64,000 bases of DNA from Takakia lepidozioides (Eukaryota > Plantae > Bryophyta): positions 8,866,001 to 8,930,000 of the forward strand of contig CM060733.1 of NCBI GenBank assembly GCA_030704615.1. The letters run 5' to 3'. Below are positions 63,175-64,000 of the stretch, piece after piece. Numbering within the stretch: position 1 is the first letter of the stretch; each line of letters begins with the position of its first letter. A model generated the notes under the pieces. It did no database searches and had not been told where the DNA came from. It worked only from the letters and a program-made list of their open reading frames with translations. The position numbers were made by a program, and so were the translations under genes.

Positions 63175-64000
63175 CTGAAAAGCGTGCAACCAACCCAACT
63201 TTTAACACTGACTACACCTTGACTTCAGCAACATCCATTGCAAAATAAAAATGCCTCCAAATTGAAGCCGTCCAAACTTAGCAGAGAGTTTGCTGTTACA
63301 CTGATTAGTACAAAACTTGCACCCATCAAAGATAATTGATCACAGAACTATGCCCCTCCAATCTATCTGGAGCTAGATGCATATGGCTTTACAGATTTGC
63401 ATTTGGAGGTGGTTAATCTGTATGGGAGCTAGTTCCAAGCATGGTTCCTGATATAAAAGGACAAATAAACTTTCAAGCACCGGTGCGGCACAAATTGTTT
63501 AATTAGTATTATCTTTACAAGTTATGAGAAAAAATAGTGTGAGAAATTTCAAAGTTTCAGAGGAGAATCATACTGTTGTTGGCCGAATGCATTTTGCTGG
63601 CCATACGCTGGAGCTGATGGACCGAACATACTACCTGGCAATCAGGTCAAAAAATTTACAGGCCATATTTATGCAGGATAACATGCCAACACCTTCGAGG
63701 AAAAGAAAAGAGATACAGCTAAAAATAAGCTCATAACTAGCTGGTAAAACTACTGGAAATCTTCTCTGGGGACGTAAGGAACACCTTGGCTGCAGTATCA
63801 TCCATCATACAACGGATATTTCAAATCTACTATCCTTTTCAAGTAGATATGGCAAGTGTAATCACAAGAACACACTCCAGCCGCAATAGCAGAACAACAA
63901 ACAGAATCTGAAAGCCTGGGCTGGTGTATAATCCATCATACAACGGATATTTCAAATCCATCATGTCATTCTCAGAAACAAATGTAATCACAGGAATACA

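Noticed and set aside
63797-63999. Direct repeat ATCCATCATACAACGGATATTTCAAATC ~130 bp apart
   Set aside because: Simple local intronic duplication at the window edge with nothing further to support a function.

Overview
Eukaryotic nuclear DNA, most likely from a non-seed land plant. Supporting clues are plant-specific WPP-RanGAP, AKR2 and CYP710, a Ty3/gypsy chromovirus with a canonical chromodomain, and GT-AG introns with unusually G-rich acceptors. Host genes: an ABHD11-like alpha/beta hydrolase (+, 5' end outside the window), a Mediator-associated protein 2-like gene (-), RanGAP (-) divergent from AKR2 (+), and a single fused NUP98-NUP96 precursor gene (-, 5' end outside the window). About 9.5-30.5 kb is a TE graveyard holding an L1 fragment, two related Ty3 LTRs, a chromovirus pol apparently split by an inversion, a palindromic satellite, a decayed Harbinger, an orphan TypA exon and a CYP710 pseudogene broken by a solo LTR. 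About 49-54 kb is a nest of non-autonomous DNA transposons (two PIF/Harbinger-type, one hAT, one piggyBac-like candidate). The most notable signal is an RTE/RTEX-like LINE family that ends in (TC)n, appears to insert into (GA/TC)n tracts including the tails of earlier copies (12-bp TSD visible), and builds head-to-tail arrays in introns. Its copies are almost all antisense to the host gene, possibly because the element carries a perfect splice donor. All exon boundaries were read by eye and family assignments come from motif recognition, not database searches.
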